Source: a virus
Taxonomy: Duplodnaviria; Caudoviricetes
Direction: 5' to 3' (one strand)
Length of the DNA: 39,391 nt
IMG/VR virus record: IMGVR_UViG_3300025839_000027
Span: 1-39,391 of that record
The notes beneath the pieces are model-generated. The model had not been told where the DNA came from and made no database searches. It saw only the letters and a program-made list of their open reading frames with translations. Below are positions 17,553 to 26,392 of the stretch, one piece after another (within the stretch, counting starts at the first letter, position 1; each line of letters begins with the position of its first letter). The position numbers and the translations under genes were made by a program.

Positions 17553-18017
17553 TTACAGTACTGCGTAACCCGATGGGTACATCTTCTGGCCGTCTTGAAT
17601 CTCCAGCCCGATGTCGGTGTACACCGTACCAGCGGTACCGGCGCCGATAATCACGTACTGCACACCAAGGTAGCGCTGGCCTACTGAGGCCAACTTCGGC
17701 GTGAGTGCAGCCGCGAATCGCGAACCAGCTACAAGTGATGCCAGAGGGATAGCGCCTGTTGTGCCGATTACGTTCGGGGTCGTCAGTGCCGCTGCTGCGG
17801 AGGTGATAACCTGCATTTCCACGGAGGTAGCACCGACGAATGCGGCCAGCACTTGCATGCGAGCGAACAGCCCTTGACCTTCCGCGATGTCGCGGTTAGC
17901 CAGTAAGTCGATGGTATTAGTGGATAAGACAGTCACGTTCGTACCGGTGACTGCCTGACCGGTGGTGGCGTTACCGAGGATAGAGCCTGACAGTGCCAGG
18001 TTTGCGTCTGCGATCAT
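17553..18017 (-). CDS. Capsid cement protein (Bbp16-like)
   Basis: MIAD..LSTNTIDL..RDI.EG..QRYLG pattern; directly after the capsid gene. Confidence 0.8.
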   Translation of the reverse strand: MIADANLALSGSILGNATTGQAVTGTNVTVLSTNTIDLLANRDIAEGQGLFARMQVLAAFVGATSVEMQVITSAAAALTTPNVIGTTGAIPLASLVAGSRFAAALTPKLASVGQRYLGVQYVIIGAGTAGTVYTDIGLEIQDGQKMYPSGYAVL

Positions 18018-18036
18018 GGTGATTCTCCTTTGTGGT

Positions 18037-18056
18037 TACCCGCCCGAAGGCGGGTA
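18037..18056 (-). other. C(UUCG)G hairpin after the major capsid gene
   Basis: TACCCGCC-TTCG-GGCGGGTA on the minus strand, no U-tract. Confidence 0.7.
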
Positions 18057-18062
18057 GTTCAA

Positions 18063-19067
18063 TTAGACAACTCTTGCCTCGGTATTCAGCAACTGGTCAA
18101 CGCGACGCAGCGGCACACCCTCGAAGCTCATCCAGCTTTGCGGTGAACCGAACTGGTTGAGGCCTTTTTCGACACTCATCGCGTAGTTCGATTTACTCAA
18201 AGCCTGCAAGCGCAGGATCGAGTACACGGTGCGGTTCATGTAGAACGCACCACGACCCATGCCGAAGTTAGGGATACGATCCAACGCGCGAGACATCAGC
18301 GCAATCAGGTCAGCAGCGGCAGTGTTCGCCACCAGGTTGGCCGTGTTGATGTTGCAGATACGCACCACATAGCGCCAATCCTTCACGACCAGACCATTCT
18401 TCCACTGGTAGTGAGTCTGGTAAGCCTGGTATGGATTACCGGCGGTGTCGTACACGGTCAGCGCGCCCATATCTTCGTGCAGCAAACCCGCTTTGGATGC
18501 CTTCGGGAAGGTGCAAAACACGGTGTTTTCACCCCACAACACCAGCCAGATAGAGGTGTTATTGGTGGATAAACCGCCCGCATCGAGGATGTTCTGCGCG
18601 TTACCCGCACCCGAGATGCTGCCGTAGCGGGGTGCCAGACCGAGGTACTGACGCGCGTCAGATGCCGGGTTGCCGTAGATCATGGTGCTAGCTTGTGTCT
18701 GGTTCATCGCCTCCAGGAACGCGGTGTCTTCCGACAGGCGGAACTGGCCAAGATTGCCGTTCAGTTCTGCCAGGTCTTTATCGACGCGGGCATAGGCTTC
18801 CAGCATGCCGACTGACTCGTCAACCTGCACGGTCGTGGACTTACTGGACGGCACACCTTGGTTCAACGAGCGCCAGTAAACAGCGGGTAATCCGGTGCGG
18901 ATCGTGACGCGGTGGCCAGTAGGCAAGTTGCCCTCTTGGAAAACCGCATCTTCCAGAATCTCATTAGACTGAGAAAGCAATTCGGCCACGACCGGCACGC
19001 GGCCATCGGGGTCAATGCGCTTCGCCCAATCGGCGAGTGTTAATGCTCCAGCTGCGAGTGTTGCCAT
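18063..19067 (-). CDS. Major capsid protein (BPP-1 Bbp17-like)
   Basis: LTLADWAKR, ELLSQSNEILED, RTGLP..WR, DWRYVVRICNI, GVPLRRVDQLLNTEARV. Confidence 0.92.
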   Translation of the reverse strand: MATLAAGALTLADWAKRIDPDGRVPVVAELLSQSNEILEDAVFQEGNLPTGHRVTIRTGLPAVYWRSLNQGVPSSKSTTVQVDESVGMLEAYARVDKDLAELNGNLGQFRLSEDTAFLEAMNQTQASTMIYGNPASDARQYLGLAPRYGSISGAGNAQNILDAGGLSTNNTSIWLVLWGENTVFCTFPKASKAGLLHEDMGALTVYDTAGNPYQAYQTHYQWKNGLVVKDWRYVVRICNINTANLVANTAAADLIALMSRALDRIPNFGMGRGAFYMNRTVYSILRLQALSKSNYAMSVEKGLNQFGSPQSWMSFEGVPLRRVDQLLNTEARVV

Positions 19068-19093
19068 TTTGATACTCCTTAAATTGAAAGTGA

Positions 19094-19750
19094 TTAACCG
19101 TACAGCCGTGACGCTGCGGACTGTTCCGCCTTGCTAGGCTTGGTACCGCCAGGCACGAACTTGTCTTCCGAAATCGCCACGCCTGCGCGATAGAACGCCC
19201 GGATGATCTCGGGGTGATCGCCCAGTCCCGACGTGTTCAACAACGTGCGCAGCTCGGGTGTGCCAAATGCACTAAGTGCCTTGTCCGCTACCGCGAGTTT
19301 CTCGTTCAACTTGTCGCCACCGATTTCCTTGTCCGCCTTTACCTGGCTAACCAGTTCAGCGCGGTACTTAGTAACTGCTTCGGCTTGCGCGTGAGCGGTG
19401 CGTTCGGCCAGTTTCGGGGTGAGCCTTTCAACGATCTTTTGCGCGGCGTCCTGCGATAGCCCCAGCTCCTTGGCAACGGTCGAAAACTCACCAATTACAG
19501 CGTCATCAAAGACGACACCCTCGGGTGCTTTGAAATCGTATGACTCCGGTGCGCCGTTGGGCTTTACGCCCTCCGCTGCCGCGTCTGCTTCGGTTATGCC
19601 TGCGTCCGCTTGCGCATCAGCAGGGGCTTGTCCGTCGGCCGCCTGTTGCTCTGCACCGGCTATCTCAGCGCCAAAAAGCGCAGCAGTCGGTGCGGGTGTC
19701 GCGTCGCCAGTAGTTTGTATGTTCCCGGTGTCTGCAATCTGGTCAGTCAT
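19094..19750 (-). CDS. Scaffolding protein
   Basis: APESYDFK, AKELGLSQDAAQK, GLGDHPE, ISED motifs; upstream of the capsid gene. Confidence 0.8.
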   Translation of the reverse strand: MTDQIADTGNIQTTGDATPAPTAALFGAEIAGAEQQAADGQAPADAQADAGITEADAAAEGVKPNGAPESYDFKAPEGVVFDDAVIGEFSTVAKELGLSQDAAQKIVERLTPKLAERTAHAQAEAVTKYRAELVSQVKADKEIGGDKLNEKLAVADKALSAFGTPELRTLLNTSGLGDHPEIIRAFYRAGVAISEDKFVPGGTKPSKAEQSAASRLYG

Positions 19751-20054
19751 TTTGATTCTCCGTTATCATTTCGGCGTACTGCGCGGGGCAACTCGCCATA
19801 ATCTGCGCGGTAAGGGCTAGGCCCTCGTTGCGCATACCCTCGTTGAAGGCCATTTGCAGCGCGTTGGTGCTGAAACTCAGCCGCCATACGCCGGCGCGAT
19901 CCAACATCCGGTGTGCCACCCGCCGGCCTCGCTTACCTGACATTAGCCAGATAATGTCGTCTCGCTCGACGCGTTGCGCATTACGCGCCTGCTCGTCTGC
20001 GGTCTGACGCTTATCCGTCTGGATTGTTAAATCAAAAGGGTCGTGGTCACTCAT
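19743..20054 (-). CDS. Bbp19-like head protein
   Basis: DIIWLMS.K.GRR, MAFNEG.RN.GL. Confidence 0.8.
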   Translation of the reverse strand: MSDHDPFDLTIQTDKRQTADEQARNAQRVERDDIIWLMSGKRGRRVAHRMLDRAGVWRLSFSTNALQMAFNEGMRNEGLALTAQIMASCPAQYAEMITENQND

Positions 20055-20083
20055 GTCGGGTAGCGTATTACAAGGCTGTCGGG

Positions 20084-20093
20084 GTAAGGCAAC
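20084..20093 (-). promoter_or_regulatory. Late promoter motif copy (GTTGCCTTAC-N16-TACGCT-N7-ATG)
   Basis: Exact 10-mer; predicted +1 coincides with ATG 20054. Confidence 0.7.
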
Positions 20094-20410
20094 TATGCCC
20101 CGTACAATTCGCCAGCAGCGTCGCGAACCTTGCCCATGACCTTCAGGCTCATGTCGGTGATCTGCACCGATAAGCTGACATCGTTGCCCTTGTCGTCACC
20201 GTCAGACTCGACCGATTCAGTGGAGCTAGTAACAATACCCTTTGCCTGAATGCTTACCTCAGTACCGGGCTTGATCGACGTTGTTAAGCCTAACGCTTTG
20301 CATTGCTCCTCGTCGATATAGAGGCACAGACCGCCAGGGTATTTCCCCGGCATGTACGACGCGTAATCCATGCCGTCACTACTTTCTCTCTTCATGCTGA
20401 TAAGTGCCAT
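20093..20410 (-). CDS. Conserved phage head-region protein (105 aa, MALISMK...; possibly capsid staple-like)
   Basis: ATG 20410 with AGGAG SD; YPGGLCLYID..LG..SVQITD pattern. Confidence 0.65.
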   Translation of the reverse strand: MALISMKRESSDGMDYASYMPGKYPGGLCLYIDEEQCKALGLTTSIKPGTEVSIQAKGIVTSSTESVESDGDDKGNDVSLSVQITDMSLKVMGKVRDAAGELYGA

Positions 20411-20420
20411 GCTGTTTCTC

Positions 20421-20705
20421 CTAGTAACAAGCGATGATGTTGCCCGCCACGATGGTCGTACCCGTGGCGTAGACCCGCTTGACGCGGATGTACTGGACAC
20501 CGAACCAGCTTGCGCTAATCGCCAGCGTGATGGTCGTGCCGCCTGCCGTATCGAACTTAACGGCGCCCGCTGCGTTGAAAATAACCGCACGGCAAGCACT
20601 CGCTTTACCGCCCCACTGTAAATCAACCGTGTCGTTCGGTACAACCACGACCATATCGTTAATAGGCGTGTAATCGTTGCGGTCGTCAAATATTGGAAAT
20701 GGCAT
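20421..20705 (-). CDS. Head spike base-like protein (RcGTA Rcc01079 family)
   Basis: VVPNDTVDL..RAVIFNAAG.V..IRVKRVYATGTT; GGAGG SD. Confidence 0.7.
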   Translation of the reverse strand: MPFPIFDDRNDYTPINDMVVVVPNDTVDLQWGGKASACRAVIFNAAGAVKFDTAGGTTITLAISASWFGVQYIRVKRVYATGTTIVAGNIIACY

Positions 20706-20802
20706 ATCCGCCTCCTAGTAAAGCGCGTACCCGCCGGGGGCTTTCGTACCCGTCTGGTTTAAGTCTTAGACCACCTTGTGTACTACCGAATTGCAATCCC
20801 AT
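20686..20802 (-). CDS. Unannotated 38-aa ORF MGLQFGSTQGGLRLKPDGYESPRRVRALLGGGYAISNI
   Basis: Hand-translated; AAAGGAG SD; fills the gap after the portal gene. Confidence 0.45.
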   Translation of the reverse strand: MGLQFGSTQGGLRLKPDGYESPRRVRALLGGGYAISNI

Positions 20803-20818
20803 ATCTATCTCCTTTGAA

Positions 20819-22489
20819 TTAAGCGTATCCGCTGAATTGATCCATGACGCTGCCAAGTGCATTGGTTGGTGCTGGCGCTGGCGTGTTGCCCAGCTTTGCC
20901 GCGCTGTCCGCAGCGACCTGCATTTGTTGCGCCTTCGCGGCTTGCGCCTGCGCCTGCGCCCGTTGGTGGCGAATCAGTGCGACCTGCTCACTCGCGACGA
21001 TGATCTCGGGGTCAACGCCCAGCATGTCGCTGTACCTGTCCGCCCATTTGTCAGAATCGAACTTGTCCAGGATGTCGGGCTTATACTGCGCGATCTGCCC
21101 AAGGTTGCCGACGAAACGATCCACGCCGTTAGTAGCAATCGCACGCTGAGCCTGTGCCAGCATGCTGACCAGCTCGACGTTGATTGCCTGACCGTGCAGT
21201 TCTGGGGGTGGAGGTGGAACCAACCCACCCGCAAGCATCTTATCGAAGGTAGACGAGACAAGCGGATCAAGTAACTCGTTATGCAGTCGCTCCAGCACGG
21301 GGCCGAGCATGAGCATCTTCTCCTCGTGCCGTTCAGCCACTTCCGTGGCGGTCATACGCGTGTTGTCCATGCTGGAAATCATGGTGAACAGATCCGCATA
21401 GAACGCGCCATTGATGCGGCCGCGTACGTCCTGCATGTCCATCAGCAAGTGTTGCAGGTTGATGTTCACGTCGAACATCGTCTTGATACCCTGTGTGTTG
21501 CTGTTCGCGTCGAAGTAGGTAATGCCCCCCGGCAGACGCTCGATCTCCCGATTCTTCAGCGTGGCGGGTACTTGCAGCGGCGGGTTTGTCATGTAGTCGA
21601 TGCCCTGCGACTTACGAAGCTGCTGTTGTTGCAATTGCTTCACGTCGCCCAGCGCCAGCATGCCGGGACTGTTGCCGTAGACGTCGCCGCCTGATACGTC
21701 CCAACGCGGGGCGAGGACAGGGAAAGACTTATAGCCCGACTCGCGCAACGGCTTGTTCGGGTCGCCGTTCAGTTCGTAATAGACGGACTTCCACGCCATA
21801 TTGAGCGAATCTTTCTTCGTCGCGTCTCGATCTTCGCGTGGCTCAATTGCGTGAATGATGCGGATGTACTGGTCGAGGCTGCCGCGATCGAACAGGTTTT
21901 TCGTCTGGGTGCTGACGTTTGTAACACCAAATTCTTTTACGACCTCGCCGATGGTGCGCTCAAACTCGCGGTACATCGTGCAGACGTTACCCTTCCAGTC
22001 TTGCGCGATGCAGTATTCGCCGACGGTAAGCGGGTGGTGATGGATCACGTTTTTGTAGTCATCAGCCATGATGATGGCGGACGTGCCGAACGCGCCCAGC
22101 TCACGGTATGAGCCATGTAGTGCGCGGTAGGTGTTGGACTTCTGGAAGATATTCAGCATGATGCGCGTGCATTGTGTGAGCCAGAGCTTCACGTTTGCCG
22201 ATTGCATTAGACTCTCGTCACTCGTCGCTAAACGAAACCAAGGTCGAGCGGGTGATGTCAGCCCACCCATCAAACCGGCGGCAAGCGTATCAAGTGCGCG
22301 CGTGCCGGTGTTATCGAGAATGTTGTTATGCCTGCGCCAGCCCTTGTTGTGATCTTGCAGGAAGTAGCGCCCGTTGCGCGGCAACAGGTAGGTGGTGAGC
22401 TCTTGCCAATGCGCGAACCACGTAGAACGATCCGCCTTGAGTTGGCCTAGGCGGGATTGTATCTGCTGGTTCTGGGTGCGTTCGCCCAC
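20819..22489 (-). CDS. Portal / head-tail connector
   Basis: GLTSPARPWF, YGNSPG, MTATEV..R.EEK..MLGPVL. Confidence 0.93.
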   Translation of the reverse strand: MGERTQNQQIQSRLGQLKADRSTWFAHWQELTTYLLPRNGRYFLQDHNKGWRRHNNILDNTGTRALDTLAAGLMGGLTSPARPWFRLATSDESLMQSANVKLWLTQCTRIMLNIFQKSNTYRALHGSYRELGAFGTSAIIMADDYKNVIHHHPLTVGEYCIAQDWKGNVCTMYREFERTIGEVVKEFGVTNVSTQTKNLFDRGSLDQYIRIIHAIEPREDRDATKKDSLNMAWKSVYYELNGDPNKPLRESGYKSFPVLAPRWDVSGGDVYGNSPGMLALGDVKQLQQQQLRKSQGIDYMTNPPLQVPATLKNREIERLPGGITYFDANSNTQGIKTMFDVNINLQHLLMDMQDVRGRINGAFYADLFTMISSMDNTRMTATEVAERHEEKMLMLGPVLERLHNELLDPLVSSTFDKMLAGGLVPPPPPELHGQAINVELVSMLAQAQRAIATNGVDRFVGNLGQIAQYKPDILDKFDSDKWADRYSDMLGVDPEIIVASEQVALIRHQRAQAQAQAAKAQQMQVAADSAAKLGNTPAPAPTNALGSVMDQFSGYA

Positions 22490-22490
22490 G

Positions 22491-22769
22491 TTAGCCGCCC
22501 AGCAATGACTTCTTGCCTAACGTCAAGCTGTTCGGGTCGACGCCACCCGCACCCGTCAAGATCGTAGAGGCCGCGCCGGGTGCGCCGCCCGCCTGTCCTG
22601 TGCCACCCATCGCGGCCTGCACGCCTTGCACCTGTGGCGCGCTGCTGGCCTGCGGTGGTGCAATCGGCGCTTGTGGTGCGGGAATGCTTGGTGCTTTCGG
22701 AGCCAACATACTCGATACCGCCATACCGCCAACCATCCACGCTGCTGCTGTTGCTATCGCCCCGCTCAT
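22491..22769 (-). CDS. Small Pro/Ala-rich protein preceding the portal
   Basis: STILTGAGG...LGKKSLLG motif typical of this podovirus position. Confidence 0.75.
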   Translation of the reverse strand: MSGAIATAAAWMVGGMAVSSMLAPKAPSIPAPQAPIAPPQASSAPQVQGVQAAMGGTGQAGGAPGAASTILTGAGGVDPNSLTLGKKSLLGG

Positions 22770-23218
22770 ATTAAATCCCCTATAACTATTTCGTTTTCAC
22801 CGAGGCGCGACATCAGCATCTCGTAATCATCTGTAAACTCGGCTTCAGCAGCTTCTACGGTGCGGGCGTGTGTCGGGAAGGCCATTGATATGTGCGTATC
22901 TGTGTGTGCGTAGAACGCTTGTTTACGTCCTCGCTGTGCGGGCAGCACGTTGTAGCCTTGCAGGTTCAGCACACCCTCGCCCGTATAAACATCAGCATCG
23001 CCACACACCGTGACAACCGTCGGTATCTTGATACAAGCGCCCGTCATCACGTCGCCAGCGGGCAGCATGATTGTCCTCACGTACATCCCGGCGTGGAGTA
23101 CGTGCTTCGTGAGTACTTCGGTTTGTGGTGCTGCGAGCACCCGCACCTCGAAGGCTTTAACTTGCGCGATAACATCATCGGACATCGTCGGTAGAGCCTG
23201 CTTGACCGCTGGAATCAT
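22766..23218 (-). CDS. Conserved hypothetical phage protein (cupin-like)
   Basis: HVLHAGMYVRTIMLPAG..MTG, GRKQAFYAH; coupled overlaps. Confidence 0.7.
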   Translation of the reverse strand: MIPAVKQALPTMSDDVIAQVKAFEVRVLAAPQTEVLTKHVLHAGMYVRTIMLPAGDVMTGACIKIPTVVTVCGDADVYTGEGVLNLQGYNVLPAQRGRKQAFYAHTDTHISMAFPTHARTVEAAEAEFTDDYEMLMSRLGENEIVIGDLI

Positions 23219-23676
23219 TTGAACGCCTTAAAAAAAACCCGGTTAGTTTCCCGGTAGGATGACTGCGCGGCCATAACAGCGGCGAGTTGGCTACCGAATG
23301 GTGTGCTGATAAACAAGCCAGCAGCCCCGTTGGCTTTAGCTGTGCGTTCGGCTGCTCGTTTAAGCGCCAGACCCGCACCGGTATATCGGTAATCGAGATG
23401 TACGAACCACGACTCCAAGGTCGCGATCTTGGTGCTGTAGTGCGGAAACGGCGCGACAAGTACATTCACGAAGCCAATCAACTTGCCGTTGTAGTACGCG
23501 CCGATCATGTGCTGCAATCCGCAGCGGTCAGCCGCCAGATAGTGTTCGGTGTCGGGTGTCGGACTGGGTAAGCCTTCAGTCCCTGACTCGGCGGCGTACG
23601 CAGCAATCAGCCGCGGGAACGCGGGGTCTCCAGCCACCTCAGCATACGAACAGTTCCGAATCTCGATTGACATCAC
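23215..23676 (-). CDS. GNAT family acetyltransferase
   Basis: LIGFV, ESWFVHLDYRYTGAGLAL acetyl-CoA binding motif A. Confidence 0.8.
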   Translation of the reverse strand: MMSIEIRNCSYAEVAGDPAFPRLIAAYAAESGTEGLPSPTPDTEHYLAADRCGLQHMIGAYYNGKLIGFVNVLVAPFPHYSTKIATLESWFVHLDYRYTGAGLALKRAAERTAKANGAAGLFISTPFGSQLAAVMAAQSSYRETNRVFFKAFK

Positions 23677-23682
23677 GCACCC

Positions 23683-25251
23683 CTATCTCATGTTTGCGAG
23701 CGGATCATAGTCGGCGCTGTTTTTTGTTAGGCAACTCTGCGCACGCGCAACTGGGTCATAATCAAGCGGATGCGTCGTGTTGGACGGAATGAATCGCTTC
23801 TTTGCCACCTGGTAGGCGAAGGTCAGCGCCAGTGCATCGCCACGATTCGGGGATTGCTGGCCACGCTTCTTCATGTCCTCCTTGCTCTCCAGCTGGATCT
23901 TGCCGTCCATGCGCGCCACGGTCTCAGGCCCGATCAAGTCCGAGTACAGTACCTCGTCGTCCGGTATCGCGCCGCCCGCCTTCAGCCAGTCGCGCGTTGA
24001 CATCCACATCTCGGCGCGCTTGTTGAGACAACCGGGGTTGCTCGACGCACCGCTGAACCACACCAGCGTCCAGTCACGCCCGAGCGTCTGACCTGCGCTG
24101 GCAATACCCGTGCCGTATCCCGCATCGATGAACACGGCGTCGGCTTTGTGCTCGTCTTCGAGCTGCCCCAGGATGCCCGCGATCTGGATGTCGTTGTCGT
24201 TCTTCGGGATAGTGCGCAGGATCGAGAAGGCCAACCCTTGACGCTTGGCGATCACCAGCTCGTCGTCGCCCGACCATGCGGGGTCACAGGACAGGATCAC
24301 CGGCGCGAAGTTGTACGCTTCAGGTTTCAAGTGCCTGCCGCGTGCTGCATCCACGTCGGCCACGGCGATGAACTGCTTGGCGGACATCGACGGGAAGATG
24401 CCGCGCACCCGCACCTTGACGAAGTCGGAGTCGATGCCATAGTCAGCAATCCACTGCTCGATCTGCTGCTTGTTGGTGATTGACACGTTACGCGAATCGA
24501 TCTGACGATTGCCCCAACGGTGGCGCATCCTGCCGAAACAATCCTTGAACGCGCCGCTGTTACGCGTCGGGTTGCCGAACGCGAAGAACATCGGTTCACC
24601 GTCGGTGAGTCCGCCCTCGGCCACCTTCCAGATTGCGTCAGGTATCGCGCTGGCTTCATCGAAAATGTAAAACGGTGTGGACGATGCGGAGTGCAGACCG
24701 GCGAACGATTCGCTGTTCTCCTCCCGGCACGTCTGCGCGTTGCATTGCCACGAATCGGGGTGCTGCTTGTGGTACAGGCGCATCGATCCGCGCCCAGTTG
24801 TGACCTCGAACCAGTGGCCGGTGATGCACTTCTTCGTCCACTTGGCAATCTCCGCCCAGGTCTTGCTCGATAGCTGATCCGAAGTGTTGGCGGTCACGAT
24901 GCCCTTGGCGTAGGGCCGCGTTGACATGATCCAGTCCACCAGCCAAGCGGTCATTGCCGATTTGCCAATACCGTGACCTGACGCGGTGGCCAGACGTAGC
25001 GCATTGACCGCCTGCACGCCGTTGAAGCTGCGTTCACGGGTCATGTTGCCGATGTCGGTCAGGAAGTCGCACGCCCACAAGTCGGGGCCAAATTCACAGT
25101 CGTACACGTAGCAATACGGGGCTACCAGCTTGACGATCTGCAAGGCAGGATCGTTCGCCCAGTCAAACGCAAACATAACAAAACCAAGTGGATCGTGGTG
25201 GAATCGCGCCATGTCCTGGGCTAACATCAAGTCCGGGTGCATTTTGTTCAT
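23683..25251 (-). CDS. terL: Terminase large subunit
   Basis: SGHGIGKS Walker A, IFDEAS Walker B, GNPTR, CDPA..GDD, SPNRGDALALT. Confidence 0.93.
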   Translation of the reverse strand: MNKMHPDLMLAQDMARFHHDPLGFVMFAFDWANDPALQIVKLVAPYCYVYDCEFGPDLWACDFLTDIGNMTRERSFNGVQAVNALRLATASGHGIGKSAMTAWLVDWIMSTRPYAKGIVTANTSDQLSSKTWAEIAKWTKKCITGHWFEVTTGRGSMRLYHKQHPDSWQCNAQTCREENSESFAGLHSASSTPFYIFDEASAIPDAIWKVAEGGLTDGEPMFFAFGNPTRNSGAFKDCFGRMRHRWGNRQIDSRNVSITNKQQIEQWIADYGIDSDFVKVRVRGIFPSMSAKQFIAVADVDAARGRHLKPEAYNFAPVILSCDPAWSGDDELVIAKRQGLAFSILRTIPKNDNDIQIAGILGQLEDEHKADAVFIDAGYGTGIASAGQTLGRDWTLVWFSGASSNPGCLNKRAEMWMSTRDWLKAGGAIPDDEVLYSDLIGPETVARMDGKIQLESKEDMKKRGQQSPNRGDALALTFAYQVAKKRFIPSNTTHPLDYDPVARAQSCLTKNSADYDPLANMR

Positions 25252-25697
25252 ATCAATTCAAGAATATCAACCGGCGGGTTATCAAGATACCGCTGCAAGA
25301 ATGCGGAAAAAACAGCGGGTGATAATCCCGTTTTCCTAATCATCCCCTCGGCGACGTTACACCGGTTACACAACAGCCCTCGCGGCTTTTTACGTTGGTG
25401 ATCGTGGTCGGCGTGAATGTGGTGCGCTGGTAGCTTATTGAGATCCGCGCCACACACTGCGCACTTCCCGTTTTGCAAGGCCATCAAGGAATTAACCAGC
25501 TCAACTGTGAATCCCGTGCGCTGTAGACGTGAACGCTCTTTCTCGATTTTCCTACTAACGGGGTCTGCCTTTCGCTGGCGGGCTTTTTCCCTTGCTTCGG
25601 GTGTTGTGCTACGCGCACGTTCTTTCACCCTAACGTCTGGCCGCTTTGAGTAAGCTCGCAGATACGCTTTACGCGCTTCTGGATCTTTGTACGGCAT
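25248..25697 (-). CDS. Endonuclease VII-family (His-Me finger) nuclease
   Basis: QNGKCAVC, DHDH, RGLLCNRCN; basic N-terminus. Confidence 0.88.
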   Translation of the reverse strand: MPYKDPEARKAYLRAYSKRPDVRVKERARSTTPEAREKARQRKADPVSRKIEKERSRLQRTGFTVELVNSLMALQNGKCAVCGADLNKLPAHHIHADHDHQRKKPRGLLCNRCNVAEGMIRKTGLSPAVFSAFLQRYLDNPPVDILELI

Positions 25698-26113
25698 CAG
25701 GAACCCCCGCCACTGCGCTTGCGTGCTGCGAGGATCGAGGTCGCAAGATCGATCTCAACGTGTCCATCAAGCTCCAAACGGTCGCCGTAACGCTTCGGTG
25801 CCAGCTTGGATAGATACCACTTGCGCGCATCGACGCGGAGCCGGTTGCGAGCCACTGCGCCATTATCAGTCGCGCCGTTGTCGGTCGAGCCTACCGGCTC
25901 GTCTGCAATCTCGAGCAGTTCCTCCGCCATCGCGTCGAGGCCTTTGTCTCTCGCACGTGCGTATTGCTCCACAAAGAGTGAGTCTGCATTCAACCACTCG
26001 AACACCGTTGACTGACCAGGCATTGCCGGGTCTCGGCAAATCGAACGCAACGACTCGCCCAACGCGAGGCGGTCGCAGATAGCTTGCAAAAGTTCTGGTG
26101 AGCGGATAGTCAT
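25697..26113 (-). CDS. terS: Terminase small subunit (Sf6-like)
   Basis: GESLRSIC..MP..STVFEWL, YARAR, RLRVDARKW..SKLAPKRYGD. Confidence 0.9.
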   Translation of the reverse strand: MTIRSPELLQAICDRLALGESLRSICRDPAMPGQSTVFEWLNADSLFVEQYARARDKGLDAMAEELLEIADEPVGSTDNGATDNGAVARNRLRVDARKWYLSKLAPKRYGDRLELDGHVEIDLATSILAARKRSGGGS

Positions 26114-26142
26114 GCCGCGAACGATAACCGCACTCCTGCCGT

Positions 26143-26152
26143 GTAAGGCAAC
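26143..26152 (-). promoter_or_regulatory. Late promoter motif copy (GTTGCCTTAC-N16-TATCGT-N7-ATG)
   Basis: Exact 10-mer; predicted +1 coincides with terS ATG 26113. Confidence 0.7.
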
Positions 26153-26353
26153 TCATCGCCGTTCGTACCTACATAGTCGGCTGACGTACCCCTTCGAGAC
26201 TTCAAATTTCTCTTGTGCCTGTCGCCGGGTGAGCTCGCCACTCTCAACCATCTTGCGCAGCAATTCAACTTCGTGATCCGTTAGCTTTGCCCGTCCGTGT
26301 TGTTTACCGTGTTTGCATATTTTCACGACTAGCCCTTTCGTTGATTTATGCAA
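26153..26353 (-). CDS. Small HTH DNA-binding protein (candidate late activator)
   Basis: HGRAKLTDHEV..LR..TRRQAQEKFEVSKGYVSRL; start codon uncertain. Confidence 0.7.
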   Translation of the reverse strand: MHKSTKGLVVKICKHGKQHGRAKLTDHEVELLRKMVESGELTRRQAQEKFEVSKGYVSRLCRYERR

Positions 26354-26392
26354 GTTAGTTTTTAATCTTGTCAGATCGTCCGCCCTCGTTTG

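Noticed and set aside
20411-20689. N-terminal extension of ORF 20093..20689
   Set aside because: Overlaps the spike-base gene out of frame; ATG 20410 has a good SD
5641-25863. Numerous plus-strand and alternative-frame ORFs over the late genes
   Set aside because: Shadow ORFs of GC-rich coding sequence, without SDs or recognisable motifs
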